Source of the DNA: Octopus vulgaris
Taxonomy: Eukaryota
Length of the DNA stretch: 64,000 nucleotides
Direction: 5' to 3'
Assembly: GCA_951406725.2 (NCBI GenBank)
Contig: OX597831.1
Location: 44,516,001-44,580,000, forward strand
Shown here: piece by piece, positions 26,263 to 41,798 of the stretch
Position numbering within the stretch: position 1 is the first letter of the stretch
Layout of the letters: every line of letters starts with the position of its first letter
Program-made: the position numbers and the translations under genes
The notes under the pieces: generated by a model
The model's database searches: none
What the model saw: the letters and a program-made list of their open reading frames with translations, nothing else
Told to the model about the DNA's origin: nothing

Positions 26263-26829
26263 TTGGGTTGTCCGGAAAGTTTGTGCCGATTTTTAAAGGA
26301 AAGAAAAAGGTCAATAAATACTTGCCATTACATTTTTAATCAACCAAATATGAACCATTTTGTTGCACAATGCATCTCCATCTTTCCTTTTACTTGAAAA
26401 TACCCTCTTCCCAGAATTGAGGTAGTTTCATGGCAAAGAATTCATCAAGGTATCTTTTTACGTCATCCAAGGAATTGAAATTTTTACCATTAAGACTATT
26501 CTGTAGAGACCTGAATAAGTGGAGATCCGAAGGAGAAATATCTGGTGAATATGGAGGGAGGGGTAACACATCCCAGCTGAGCTGCAGCAATGTTTGTCTG
26601 GGTTCCCAAAGCATCAAGTGCCGAAAATGAACTTTCTTATCTTCCATTTTAAAGGGTTACAGAATTAACACAGATAATAGGAACATAAACCTTCTTCCAC
26701 AAAAAGATAGCTTAAACTGTGCACTAAATGGAGGTGTAGTCAAATCCTATTTTATAGACTCAACCATGTTCTAAAATAAGTCGAAAGGTAAGCTGCTATA
26801 AATCGGCACGAACTTTCCGGACAACCCAA
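26263..26829 (-). mobile_element. Internally deleted mariner with 30 bp TIRs and TA TSD (duplicate at 37015-37581)
   Basis: TA-ttgggttgtccggaaag...ctttccggacaacccaa-TA; MEDKKVHFRHLMLWE fused to PPYSPDISPSDLHLFRSL. Confidence 0.92.
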
Positions 26830-27319
26830 TACATCACCTAAGTAAAAGAATCTTAAGTAGCTTGCTTCCCAGCCACTTGGTTCCAGGCTCAGTTCTACTG
26901 CATGGCAACTTTGGCAAGTGTCTTCTGCTATAGCCTCAGGCCAACCAAGGTCTTGTGAGTACATTTGGTGGACGGAAACTGAAAGAAGCCCATTGTATAC
27001 ATGTATATAAAATATGTGTGTGTGTGTGCATGCCTGTCCTTGTGTCCGTGCTTGTCCTCCACCACCACTTTACATATTGTCAGAAGTTTTTTTTTATTTT
27101 CCCCTTTTCTCTATCTTCTTCGGTACTACAATGCTTTGAGTGAACTTTGTGGTAAGAAGCTTGCTTCCCAACCACATGGTTCTGTGTTCAGTACCACTGC
27201 ATGGCACCTTGGCCAAGTGTCTTCTATTATAGCCTCAGGCTGATCAAAGCCTTGTGAGTGGTTTTGGTTGATGGAAACTGAAAGAAGCCCATTGTACATA
27301 TATATATATGTGTGTGTGT

Positions 27320-27722
27320 ATCATCATCATCATCATCATCATCATTTAATGTCCGTTTTCTGTGCTAGCACGGGTTGGACGGTTCGACTGGGGTCTGGGA
27401 AGCCAGGGGCTGCACCAGGCTCCAGTCTGATCTGGCAGTGTTTCTACAGCTGGATGCCCTTCCTAATGCCAACCACTCTGTGAGTGTAGTGGGTGCTTTT
27501 TATGTGCCACCGGCACAGGTGCCAGGGGAGTCTGGCATCGGCCACGATCGGTTGGTGCTTTTAACGTGCCACCGGCACGGAAGCCAGTGAAGGCGATGCT
27601 GGCATCAGCCACGTTCGGATAGTGCTTTTTATGTGCCACCAGCACAGAAGCCAGTCAAGGCGGCACTGGCATCGGCCACGTCCGGATGGTGCCTTTTATG
27701 TGCCACCGGCACAGAAGCCAGT
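27320..27722 (-). mobile_element. RTE-LINE 3'UTR-type repeat with degenerate ~54 bp tandem units (relatives at 5023-5305, 6100-6410, 44170-44422, 48010-48243, 55225-55600)
   Basis: Shares ggaagggcatccagctgtagaaac...catggaaagcggacgttaaa(tga)n with the LINE at 50187-51770. Confidence 0.8.
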
Positions 27723-29597
27723 ATATATATATATATATATATATATATGCTGGAAATAACAGTCAAAACTCTTACTTAATTTGCTGAAAAAGACACAGAT
27801 AATAACTACAGAAATCAATTGCCTGCAGGCAAACAGGCTAAGACTATCTCTCAACAGACATTCAAGTATTTGGACTTACGTGGACTGGTTTCTGGACTGG
27901 CATTATAACCTCACCTTCCTCAGCATGCGTTACCATAATGGAAAGCCCCAACCCATCACGTTGAAGTCTGCACAGCTACTGATTCATTTTGCACTGAATC
28001 ATAGCAGTCACCACTGTGAAAATAATTTCAATACAGAGCAAATAATTTGAGAGAATATATTTGCGAAGATATTATTGACTCTGTTATTATCTAGTGTAAC
28101 AATTAAAAAATTGATAATAACATATAGGCAAATGCAGACCCAAAAAAGCATTAAATAAGGACAGGCTTCCACAGTATTTCCATCTACCAGATTCACTCAG
28201 AAAGCATTGGATGGCCCCAGGCTGCAGGTGAAGTTGCTCAAGGTACCATGCAGTGGGAATGAATCCCAAACCACATGGTTGCAAAGCATGCCTCTTCACT
28301 AACCCCGTGTCTGGTAGCTTGATACTTTATCTTATTGACCATGGGGGTATGAAAAGTATAGGCAGTCTTGGCAATATTTGAATTCAAATCATAAAGAACC
28401 AGAAGAAATGCTGTATGGAATTTTGTTTGATGCACTAATAATGTCATCCGAAATTCAGGCTAAATATTTTAACTAGTTTTAAATGTAAATAGGGGTAATC
28501 ATAGCTGAGTGGTAATCAGTTTAATTTCCAACCACATGGTTCCAGATTCGGTCCTATTGTGTGGCACCTCAGGCAGGTTTCTTCTACTTCAGTCTCAAGA
28601 TGACCAAAGCCTTGTGATTGCATTTAGGGATGGAAACTAAAAGAAACCCATTGTGTGTGTGTGTGTGTCACAGTCTTGTTACCTTGACATCATGTGATAG
28701 TTGTAAATGAGTGTCACCAGTATGTAAGCAGTGTCCTCTGTTTCTAGTCTTCCATGAAAAACTTGTCTTGCCATGGGAAATAAATCCTTGCTCAAAAACA
28801 GGTGAGAGTTGGCTGCAGGAAAGGTATCCTGCCATTAGAACCCCATCTCATCAAATTCTGTCTTACCCTTATGAGCATGGAAAAGGGATCATTAAAACAA
28901 TATCAATGATGATGATGATGATGAATGTGTTAAATATGAATGTACTATTTCACGACCCCACTCCACTTCTGCCCTACAGACATACTCCAGTCAACTGGAA
29001 TATATCAATAGGTATGTAGATAAACACTGACCTTGTATAATACACACCTACCCTTCCTGTGATTCCATTCCTTTATTCTATTCTTCAATAACCTGAATTG
29101 CTTATATACTCCTCTTCTTTCCCTTCCTCTTTACTCCATTTCCCTTTCTCAGTTTCTCCCCCACCACCACCTCAGTGTCTTCACCCACCCACCCCGCCTG
29201 CCCTCATCTTTCCTCTTAGTATTTCCTCATCCCATTCCCTCACCCCATTCCTTCCCTCTCTCTCTTTCTCAGTTTGTTTTGCCTATCTCATCCTTTCTTA
29301 CTTTATATACTCCTCCACCACTACCACCACCACCATGCTCTGCTACTTTAAATCTGCTCACACCCACCCACCCTCCCTCACTCCTCTTGCACTTTTCATT
29401 TAGTCTCCAACCTATCCCCAATTTACTTTCATTGTTTCTTTACTATTTTCTCCAGGAGCTCTCTCTCTCTCTCTCTCCCTCCTCTCTCTCTCTCTCTCTC
29501 ACTTATCCTCAGTTATTCTCTTAGTAACTGATTCCTTCTCTCTCTCTTTAGATTGTCTTCTGACTGTTGATAACAAATGCATGTATATGTGTGTGTT

Positions 29598-29643
<46 letters not shown>

Positions 29644-30147
29644 CATATATGAATGCATATATGTATGCATATATGTGTGTGTATGTGTGTATGTATCACT
29701 TGCTGTGCAAGACCAACCGGTTTCGTCTCCATTAATCATAGTTGAAGTATATTAGCCTTTTTCTAAGGAAACAATAAAGAAATATATATATGCATGTATG
29801 TATGTATGTATATGTATACATATACACACGTACATATATAATAATATATATAAGGGTGTGCTGAAAAGTTCCTGGCTTTAATGGTATCATGAAAGGCCTG
29901 GTTAGAGGCCTAATTTTCTAGTTCTTTTACAGGGCTTAGAAAAGTTGTAGGGTAGCTGCAATAAGTGTGTGAATCTGAGAAGGGAATATGTTCAATAAAA
30001 TCACAATTAACTGATTCTCCTGTATTTTCTTTTACTCAAAGGCAGGAACTTTTCAGCAACTCCTCATATATATATTTGTATAATACATACACACACACAC
30101 ACACACACACATATATATGTATATTTGTATAATATATATATATATAT

Positions 30148-30184
<37 letters not shown>

Positions 30185-30185
<1 letters not shown>

Positions 30186-30340
30186 GCCAGAGTGGCTGTG
30201 TTATAAGTGGCTTGCTTACCAATCACATGGTTCCGAGTTCAGTCCTACTGCATGACAAGTGTCTTCTACTATAGCCTCGGGCTCACTAAAGCCTTGTGAG
30301 TGGATTTGGTAGATGGAAACTGAAAGAAGTCTGTCGTATA

Positions 30341-30397
<57 letters not shown>

Positions 30398-30592
30398 GTG
30401 TGTGTATTTGTACCCCCACTATCACTTGACAACTGATATTGGTGTGTTTACGTCACCATAACTTAGCTGTTCAGCAAAAGAGGCCGATAGAATAAGTACA
30501 AGACTCATAAAGAATAAGTCCTGGGGTTGATTTGCTCAACAAAAGGCAGTGTTCCAGTATGGCCACAATCAAATGACTGAAAGAAATAAAAG
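30185..30592 (+). mobile_element. SINE family 1
   Basis: Family consensus with internal (TA)n(TG)n. Confidence 0.8.
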
Positions 30593-30708
30593 AATATATA
30601 TATATATATACACACACACATACACAATATTGGCTAATACATCTGCTTGTTGTTCCTACACCTGTCTTCATATTTTGTTTTCTGTTAATTTTAATAATAT
30701 ATGTGTTT

Positions 30709-30808
30709 NNNNNNNNNNNNNNNNNNNNNNNNNNNNNNNNNNNNNNNNNNNNNNNNNNNNNNNNNNNNNNNNNNNNNNNNNNNNNNNNNNNNNNNNNNNN
30801 NNNNNNNN
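30709..30808. other. Assembly gap (100 N)
   Basis: Run of 100 N. Confidence 1.
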
Positions 30809-31157
30809 GTTCCATTTTTCACCTCAAACAAATTCTCCAATTTCATTGTCACTTAACTTTGTCAACCACAAGAAAAAAACAGCTACATGTCATTTTTGCT
30901 TTCTTTTAACAATTTCATTTTATGCTACCTTTTTCTATTTTTTTGGCATCATTCTTTTATTATTCTACTGTCTCAGTAATTTGACTGCGACCATGCTGGA
31001 GCACTGCCTTTAGTCGAACAAATCGCCCCCGGGACTTATTATTTGTAAGCCTAGTACTTGTTCTTTTGGCCTCTTTTGCCGAACCACTAAGTTACAGGGA
31101 CATAAACACACCAACATCAGTTGTCGACCGATGGTGGGGGGACAAACACAGACACAA

Positions 31158-31194
<37 letters not shown>

Positions 31195-31428
31195 CACTTT
31201 ACTCTTTTTTTACTCTTTTACTTGTTTCAGTCATTTGACTGTGGCCATGCTGGAGCACTGCCTTTAGTCGAGCAAATCGACCCCAGGACTTATTCTTTGT
31301 AAGCCTAGTACTTATTCTATCGGTCTCTTTTGCTGAACCGCTAAGTTACGGGGACGTAAACACACCAGCATCGGTTGTCAAGCAATGTTGGAGGGGGGAC
31401 AAACACAGACACACAAACATATACACAC

Positions 31429-31491
<63 letters not shown>

Positions 31492-34400
31492 TACGATGAG
31501 CTTCTTTCAATTTTCGTCTACCAAATCCACTCACAAGGCTTTGGTCGGCCTGAGGCTATAGTAGAAGACACTTGCCCAAGGTGCAAAGCAGTGGGACTGA
31601 ACCCAGAACCATGTGGTTGGTGAGCAAGCTACTTACCACACAGCCACTCCTACGCCTATACACACACACACACACATACATACATATGATGGACTTGTTT
31701 CAGTTTCTGTCTACCAAATCCACTCACAAGGTTTTGGTACCACGTAGTGGGACTATTTGGAAAAATTTTTAAGCATTTTCCATTTGTGATGTTTCACTAC
31801 TTTGAAAAAAATTTTGGATTTTGGAGATTTCCAGAATTTCAGCTAAAGAATTATCAACTTCGTTGTCAAATGTGTTCCTTTTATATGACAGTAGGGTGTG
31901 GTCTGAGGGAGATTTTGTGATACCTCTACCAAGACACACAACCACATTAAACATTTTTTCTTCAGTTGAATTAGGATTCATTTCATTATTTGTATAAGCA
32001 CCAAGAAATTTAATAAAAAGTTAAATCATAATTATTGTGCATGTGCCATATTTTCTGATATGTTAGCCAAAATACACTTCCAAAGTTACCCGTCATATGA
32101 CGGGCAACACACACACACACACATGTACACATATATCTCTTATCTTTTGCTACTTTTATTCATTAGACTGCAGCCATGCTGAGTCACTGCTTTAAGGAAT
32201 TCCAATTAAATGAATTGACCTCAGTATTGTTTTTGAAGTTACTTATCTTATGAGTCTCATTTGCTAAGTTGCAAACACCAACACCTGTTGTCAAATGGAG
32301 ATGGGAGAGACACAAACACAAAAACGTATGCACAGACATACACACACACAGAGTAGGTTTCTTTCAGTTTCCATCTACCAAATTCATTCACATGCTTTGG
32401 TCAGACCAAGGCTATAGTAGAAGGCACTTTCCCAGGGTACCACACAGGGGGATTGACTCACAACCATGTGGTTGTGAAGCAAACTTCTTACAAAATAGCC
32501 ATGCCTATAACCATATATATGTGTGTGTATGTGTTTGCATATATATCCTCATCATCATCGTCATTTAACGTCCACTTTCCATGCTGGCATGGGTTGTACA
32601 GTTTGACTGTAAATGGTGAGCAGGGGAGTTACTCTATGTTACAATCTATGTCATAAGAAGTTTGCTTCGCAACAACATAGTTATGTGTCATTCCCCCTGC
32701 ATGGCACCTTGGGAAAATGTCTTCTACTCTAGCTTTGCATTGACCAAAGCTATGTGAATGGATTTGATAGATGGAAACTGAAAGAAGTCTGCTGTGTGTA
32801 TACACACACATATATTGGGTTATCCAGAAAGTACATGCCGATTTTTAAAGGAAAGAAAAAGGTCAATGAATACTTGCCATTACATTTTTAATCAACCAAA
32901 TACGAACCATTTTGTTGCACAATGCGTCTCCATCTTTCATTTAATTTGAAAATACCCTCTTCCCAGAATTGAGGTAGTTTCATGGCAAAGAATTCATCAA
33001 GGTATCTTTTTACGTCATCCAAGGAATTGAAATTTTTACCATTAAGACTATTCTGTAAAGACCTGAATAAGTGGAAATCCGAAGGAGAAATATCTGATGA
33101 ATATGGAGGGTGGGGTAACACATCTCAGCCGAGCTGCAGCAATTTTTGTCTGGTTCCCAAAGCATCAAGTGCTGAAAATGAACTTTCTTATCTTCCATTT
33201 TAAAGGGTTACAGAATTAACACAGGTTATAGGAACATAAATCTTCTTCCATGAAAAGATAGCTTAAACTCTGCTCTAAATGGAGGTGTAGTCAAATCCTA
33301 TTTTATGGACTCAACTATGTTCTAAAATAAGTCGAAAGGTAAGCTACTATAAATCGGCACGAACATTCCGGACAACCCAATGCATAGCCATCATATTATC
33401 ATGATAATTGTTGTCTCTTTATCACTCATTTTCCATGCTAGAGTGTATTGGATGTTTTAACAGGATCTCCCATTTACTAATAATGTAATTTTTCGTTAAG
33501 TTCCAGCTTAGCCCTGATCAAGCTAACATATGCTCCTAACTGTTTCAGCCAATATTTTTTCCAAACGCAGTGTATCTAGGACTATGGTACACTATAGTAC
33601 ACTACACTTTCTGATGTGTCCTTTTCTTTGTGAAACCACTAAGGTATCATTTGAGGGAGATTTGGCTGCTGTATCTAGCATCTGACACATTCCCCTCACT
33701 ATAATCCAAGTTTGGCACATGGGCAGGGCTTCAAACCACAAACAGGCAATGGACCTTTTGTTGCCGTCACTGGGGTTCCATATGTATCTTTGTCTTTTAC
33801 TTGTTTCAGTCATAGAATTGTGAGCATGTGGTTGGAAAGCAAGCTCCTTACCACACAGCCATGCCTGTCCCTGAACATAAAGCAGGTAGAATATTTGGGA
33901 CAGATATACTCTTTACTCTTTTACTCGTTTCAGTCATTTGACTGCGGCCATGCTGGAGCACCACCTTTAGTCGAGCAAATCGACCCCAGGACTTATTCTT
34001 TGTAAGCCCAGTACTTATTCTATCGGTCTCTTTTTGCCGAACCGCTAAGTGACGGGGACATAAACACACCACCATCGGTTGTCAAGTGATGGTGGGGGGG
34101 GGGACAAACACAGACACACATATATATACATATATATACGACAGGCTTCTTTCAGTTTCCGTCTACCAAATCCACTCACAAGGCATTGGTCGGCCCGGGG
34201 CTATAGCAGAAGACACTTGCCCAAGATTCCACGCAGTAGGACTGAACCCGGAACCATGTAGTTGGTTAGCAAGCTACTTACCACACAGCCACTCCTACGC
34301 CTATATATGCTCAGTTTAAATACTTAAGAGTTAATGTAACAAATGGCAAAAACACTAACTGTTAATACATTTTTCTTTATCAACCAAATTAGTGCTTTAT

Positions 34401-37400
34401 TTAAAAAGCAGACACAATTTTCTGTGAATCTACAATTCTAGCATGTCTCTGATGCAGTGTCGAAGCAAATGTGGCAAAGCTGTCCTTTCTGTGCTGATGC
34501 ATAAAGTTTATGTTTTGCAAACACGTCTTACAAACAACTTTTATATTACACTCACCATGTTTGTGAATGAAATTCTATTCCTTTGACCTCTTGGAATTGA
34601 ATTTCACACCGGTTTTCTTTGACCCAGGCTTTGTTAAATCTCATGTCCATAGCTTCGCTGCCAAGGATTCACCCATTGATCTGTATCATGTCATATACCT
34701 TAAAATCTTTGGATTGTGTCTGTTGACACAGCATGATTGCTTTATACACGGAAAAGTGGGCCAGCATTTCTTTTTCTCTTATAGGCCTGGCTGTGTGGTT
34801 AAGAAGCTTGATTTGCAACCACTTGGTTTCAGGTTCAGTCCCACTACATGACATCTTAGACAAGTGTCTTCTACTCTGTTCTTCATATTTGACGATTCCT
34901 TTAACACACAGAGTCAAGTAGCAACCAAGGAATATGTTTTTGTAGGGTCATGTTATCTGTGTCACATATGTGCACCTCTGGTGTGTTTAACTGTGCTTTT
35001 GTTTATTTAGAAACATCTGGAACTTTCTATAATATGCATGATGACGGGTATTCAAGGCAGTTGCCTAATCAGATGTAGCCTGATCCTAGCCATTAAACCT
35101 ACATATTTTTTTCACTCCAGACCTCGCTATCGACGAATTATAAATATTTAAACTTTTGTTTACTTTTGATGTTATTTAATACATAAAAAAAATAATAAAT
35201 GCGCCTTTTTAAAGCCTAGCCAGGCTCATGGGCCCGGTTTCCCGGTTTCTATGGCGTATGTGTTCCCCAGTTGGATGGGGCGCCAGTCCATCACAGCATT
35301 ACTCATTTTTGCCAGCTGAGTGGACTGGAGCAACATGAAATGAAGTGTTTTGCTCAAGAACACAACATGTTGCCTGGTTCAGGAATTGAAACCACAAGCT
35401 TACGATCATGATGCTGACGCCCTAACCACTAAGCCATGCGCCTCCTCTATTTAATACATACATTACAATATTTCACATGTTTTTTTTTTTTGTTTTCTAT
35501 TCCAGATTGAAGAGTACATAAGTACTACTGGGTTTGACATTGTCTGGAAACGAATGAAAGGTAGCCAAAAGTTGGGCAAAGACGTAGAAGAATATCTGAA
35601 ATCATTGTGAGTTAATTAAAATTTCATTATATAAATTGTTGCAATTCAAACTCACACTGTCACTAAAAATACTTATCTTTCAACAAAACAGTGAGATGAC
35701 ATTTTGTTTGATTTTATTTTTATTTAAAAATTTTCATTTTTTTTTTTTGCCACATATAGTTACACAATAACTCTGGCTTTATTGTTTCATTATTACAAAA
35801 GAAATCATCATCATCGTCATCGTTTCAGTGTTTTGCATTTGTTGGCCAAACTGATATTTTTAAATACAGCTCACTCATTAGAAAAAAGAAAAAAAGACAC
35901 CCACCTTTTAATCATTGGTAAACATATTATTTCTTCTCAAATAAACACATTTACAATTGCTTAATTCAGCTTTATGTGCAATCCTAAATTATTCATTCAT
36001 TCATTCAGTTATTTATTTAAAATTTAAAATTATTCCCGTTCTTTATTTGCTTTCTGTATTTTGAAAAAGAAAAAAAAAAACAAAAACAAACGAGGAATAG
36101 CTCATTTGTAGTTTATTTATTTATTCACCAACAGATGATTCTCTCATGATGAGAATGGAAGGAGCAGTTTTAATAATTTTTTTTTTTTTACTTTTTGTGG
36201 GGGAGGAGGAGGAGGAAGTCTGTTATTGATTTTAATAATGAAATCACTTCTCAACTTATTTGCTTTATAGTACACCTAAGCACTGCACACAATAAGTTCA
36301 TTATGTGTATATCTTCTGTACGACCTTATTTTACATTTCTCTGTTGTTGATAGTGATGGTGGTGGTGGTTGCGGTGGCAATGGTGGCAGCGGTAGTGGTG
36401 ATAATGGTAGCAGTGATAGCAATTTTAATTGTAATGAAATATTCATCTGAATAGGATATAACAACAAACACTTAGATATACACTCCTAAATGCATATAAA
36501 TAACCATGTGAAATAAGATTTAGAGTATTATACATACATACATACACACATACATAAGAGTGTTTGTGAGTGTGTACAATTGTCAACCTCATTTATACAT
36601 CCGTATTCCATACTGGCGAGGATTGGCAGGTTAACAGGATCTGACAATCCAGAGGGTTGCATTGAGTTTCACTGTCTACTTAAACATGTTTTCTATATAT
36701 CTTCTTAATGCCAGTCACTTTACAGAGTAATTTGGATGATATTTTCATAGTGAAATCCATCAACTGAGCTGGGGTGTTGTTGCGTAATTTTGGCGACAGA
36801 GTTTTTGTATCAGGTGTCGAGAAGTTGAAGAATGATAGAAGAATATAAACAGGTGTCTTACTGTAGATAAGCTATCTGGTTACCCATAAGAAAAGACAGT
36901 TGTATTGAGACGTCTCAATAGGTGAATATAAAATGAATATGAGAGAGAATAAACATGGAAGATCAGGAAGGGTAGTGTTTAAGTTCAAGAAAGAGGGAAC
37001 ATTCTCCCTACTTATTGGGTTGTCCGGAAAGTTTGTGCCGATTTTTAAAGGAAAGAAAAAGGTCAATAAATACTTGCCATTACATTTTTAATCAACCAAA
37101 TATGAACCATTTTGTTGCACAATGCATCTCCATCTTTCCTTTTACTTGAAAATACCCTCTTCCCAGAATTGAGGTAGTTTCATGGCAAAGAATTCATCAA
37201 GGTATCTTTTTACGTCATCCAAGGAATTGAAATTTTTACCATTAAGACTATTCTGTAGAGACCTGAATAAGTGGAGATCCGAAGGAGAAATATCTGGTGA
37301 ATATGGAGGGAGGGGTAACACATCCCAGCTGAGCTGCAGCAATGTTTGTCTGGGTTCCCAAAGCATCAAGTGCCGAAAATGAACTTTCTTATCTTCCATT

Positions 37401-40363
37401 TTAAAGGGTTACAGAATTAACACAGATAATAGGAACATAAACCTTCTTCCACAAAAAGATAGCTTAAACTGTGCACTAAATGGAGGTGTAGTCAAATCCT
37501 ATTTTATAGACTCAACCATGTTCTAAAATAAGTCGAAAGGTAAGCTGCTATAAATCGGCACGAACTTTCCGGACAACCCAATACATCACCTAAGTAAAAG
37601 AATCTTAAGTAGCTTGCTTCCCAGCCACTTGGTTCCAGGCTCAGTTCTACTGCATGGCAACTTTGGCAAGTGTCTTCTGCTATAGCCTCAGGCCAACCAA
37701 GGTCTTGTGAGTACATTTGGTGGACGGAAACTGAAAGAAGCCCATTGTATACATGTATATAAAATATGTGTGTGTGTGTGCATGCCTGTCCTTGTGTCCG
37801 TGCTTGTCCTCCACCACCACTTTACATATTGTCAGAAGTTTTTTTTTATTTTCCCCTTTTCTCTATCTTCTTCGGTACTACAATGCTTTGAGTGAACTTT
37901 GTGGTAAGAAGCTTGCTTCCCAACCACATGGTTCTGTGTTCAGTACCACTGCATGGCACCTTGGCCAAGTGTCTTCTATTATAGCCTCAGGCTGATCAAA
38001 GCCTTGTGAGTGGTTTTGGTTGATGGAAACTGAAAGAAGCCCATTGTACATATATATATATGTGTGTGTGTGTATCATCATCATCATCATCATCATCATT
38101 TAATGTCCGTTTTCTGTGCTAGCACGGGTTGGACGGTTCGACTGGGGTCTGGGAAGCCAGGGGCTGCACCAGGCTCCAGTCTGATCTGGCAGTGTTTCTA
38201 CAGCTGGATGCCCTTCCTAATGCCAACCACTCTGTGAGTGTAGTGGGTGCTTTTTATGTGCCACCGGCACAGGTGCCAGGGGAGTCTGGCATCGGCCACG
38301 ATCGGTTGGTGCTTTTAACGTGCCACCGGCACGGAAGCCAGTGAAGGCGATGCTGGCATCAGCCACGTTCGGATAGTGCTTTTTATGTGCCACCAGCACA
38401 GAAGCCAGTCAAGGCGGCACTGGCATCGGCCACGTCCGGATGGTGCCTTTTTATGTGCCACCGGCACAGAAGCCAGTATATATATATATATATATATATA
38501 TATGCTGGAAATAACAGTCAAAACTCTTACTTAATTTGCTGAAAAAGACACAGATAATAACTACAGAAATCAATTGCCTGCAGGCAAACAGGCTAAGACT
38601 ATCTCTCAACAGACATTCAAGTATTTGGACTTACGTGGACTGGTTTCTGGACTGGCATTATAACCTCACCTTCCTCAGCATGCGTTACCATAATGGAAAG
38701 CCCCAACCCATCACGTTGAAGTCTGCACAGCTACTGATTCATTTTGCACTGAATCATAGCAGTCACCACTGTGAAAATAATTTCAATACAGAGCAAATAA
38801 TTTGAGAGAATATATTTGCGAAGATATTATTGACTCTGTTATTATCTAGTGTAACAATTAAAAAATTGATAATAACATATAGGCAAATGCAGACCCAAAA
38901 AAGCATTAAATAAGGACAGGCTTCCACAGTATTTCCATCTACCAGATTCACTCAGAAAGCATTGGATGGCCCCAGGCTGCAGGTGAAGTTGCTCAAGGTA
39001 CCATGCAGTGGGAATGAATCCCAAACCACATGGTTGCAAAGCATGCCTCTTCACTAACCCCGTGTCTGGTAGCTTGATACTTTATCTTATTGACCATGGG
39101 GGTATGAAAAGTATAGGCAGTCTTGGCAATATTTGAATTCAAATCATAAAGAACCAGAAGAAATGCTGTATGGAATTTTGTTTGATGCACTAATAATGTC
39201 ATCCGAAATTCAGGCTAAATATTTTAACTAGTTTTAAATGTAAATAGGGGTAATCATAGCTGAGTGGTAATCAGTTTAATTTCCAACCACATGGTTCCAG
39301 ATTCGGTCCTATTGTGTGGCACCTCAGGCAGGTTTCTTCTACTTCAGTCTCAAGATGACCAAAGCCTTGTGATTGCATTTAGGGATGGAAACTAAAAGAA
39401 ACCCATTGTGTGTGTGTGTGTGTGTGTCACAGTCTTGTTACCTTGACATCATGTGATAGTTGTAAATGAGTGTCACCAGTATGTAAGCAGTGTCCTCTGT
39501 TTCTAGTCTTCCATGAAAAACTTGTCTTGCCATGGGAAATAAATCCTTGCTCAAAAACAGGTGAGAGTTGGCTGCAGGAAAGGTATCCTGCCATTAGAAC
39601 CCCATCTCATCAAATTCTGTCTTACCCTTATGAGCATGGAAAAGGGATCATTAAAACAATATCAATGATGATGATGATGATGAATGTGTTAAATATGAAT
39701 GTACTATTTCACGACCCCACTCCACTTCTGCCCTACAGACATACTCCAGTCAACTGGAATATATCAATAGGTATGTAGATAAACACTGACCTTGTATAAT
39801 ACACACCTACCCTTCCTGTGATTCCATTCCTTTATTCTATTCTTCAATAACCTGAATTGCTTATATACTCCTCTTCTTTCCCTTCCTCTTTACTCCATTT
39901 CCCTTTCTCAGTTTCTCCCCCACCACCACCTCAGTGTCTTCACCCACCCACCCCGCCTGCCCTCATCTTTCCTCTTAGTATTTCCTCATCCCATTCCCTC
40001 ACCCCATTCCTTCCCTCTCTCTCTTTCTCAGTTTGTTTTGCCTATCTCATCCTTTCTTACTTTATATACTCCTCCACCACTACCACCACCACCATGCTCT
40101 GCTACTTTAAATCTGCTCACACCCACCCACCCTCCCTCACTCCTCTTGCACTTTTCATTTAGTCTCCAACCTATCCCCAATTTACTTTCATTGTTTCTTT
40201 ACTATTTTCTCCAGGAGCTCTCTCTCTCCCTCCACTCTCTCTCCCTCCTCTCTCTCTCTCTCTCTCACTTATCCTCAGTTATTCTCTTAGTAACTGATTC
40301 CTTCTCTCTCTCTTTAGATTGTCTTCTGACTGTTGATAACAAATGCATGTATATGTGTGTGTT

Positions 40364-40410
<47 letters not shown>

Positions 40411-40921
40411 GCATATATGTATGCATATATGAATGCATATATGTATGCATATATGTGTGTGTATGTGTGTATGTATCACTTGCTGTGCAAGACCAACCGG
40501 TTTCGTCTCCATTAATCATAGTTGAAGTATATTAGCCTTTTTCTAAGGAAACAATAAAGAAATATATATATGCATGTATGTATGTATGTATATGTATACA
40601 TATACACACGTACATATATAATAATATATATAAGGGTGTGCTGAAAAGTTCCTGGCTTTAATGGTATCATGAAAGGCCTGGTTAGAGGCCTAATTTTCTA
40701 GTTCTTTTACAGGGCTTAGAAAAGTTGTAGGGTAGCTGCAATAAGTGTGTGAATCTGAGAAGGGAATATGTTCAATAAAATCACAATTAACTGATTCTCC
40801 TGTATTTTCTTTTACTCAAAGGCAGGAACTTTTCAGCAACTCCTCATATATATATTTGTATAATACATACACACACACACACACATATATATGTATATTT
40901 GTATAATATATATATATATAT

Positions 40922-40963
<42 letters not shown>

Positions 40964-41118
40964 GCCAGAGTGGCTGTGTTATAAGTGGCTTGCTTACCAA
41001 TCACATGGTTCCGAGTTCAGTCCTACTGCATGACAAGTGTCTTCTACTATAGCCTCGGGCTCACTAAAGCCTTGTGAGTGGATTTGGTAGATGGAAACTG
41101 AAAGAAGTCTGTCATATA

Positions 41119-41171
<53 letters not shown>

Positions 41172-41490
41172 ATGTGTGTGTGTGTGTATTTGTACCCCCA
41201 CTATCACTTGACAACTGATATTGGTGTGTTTACGTCACCATAACTTAGCTGTTCAGCAAAAGAGGCCGATAGAATAAGTACAAGACTCATAAAGAATAAG
41301 TCCTGGGGTTGATTTGCTCAACAAAAGGCAGTGTTCCAGTATGGCCACAATCAAATGACTGAAAGAAATAAAAGAATATATATATATATATACACACACA
41401 CATACACAATATTGGCTAATACATCTGCTTGTTGTTCCTACACCTGTCTTCATATTTTGTTTTCTGTTAATTTTAATAATATATGTGTTT
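30809..41490 (+). repeat. 10.7 kb block, copy 2 (all repeats listed in 20038-30708 recur here)
   Basis: Differs from copy 1 mainly in microsatellite and homopolymer lengths plus a few substitutions. Confidence 0.95.
35506..35606 (+). CDS. PSTPIP1: Second, identical copy of PSTPIP-like exon 2 inside the duplicated block (probably an assembly artefact)
   Basis: Same sequence and splice sites as 24741-24841; lies within the 30809-41490 duplicate. Confidence 0.6.
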
Positions 41491-41495
41491 GTGTG

Positions 41496-41795
<300 letters not shown>

Positions 41796-41798
41796 AAT

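Larger units (their letters stand above)
20038..30708 (+). repeat. 10.7 kb block, copy 1 of a near-identical tandem duplicate
   Basis: Runs from gttccatttttcacc to atatgtgttt and is repeated directly after the gap. Confidence 0.95.

Noticed and set aside
35506-35606. Real mutually exclusive exon pair
   Set aside because: Identical exon inside a gap-abutting near-identical block; an artefact is more parsimonious.
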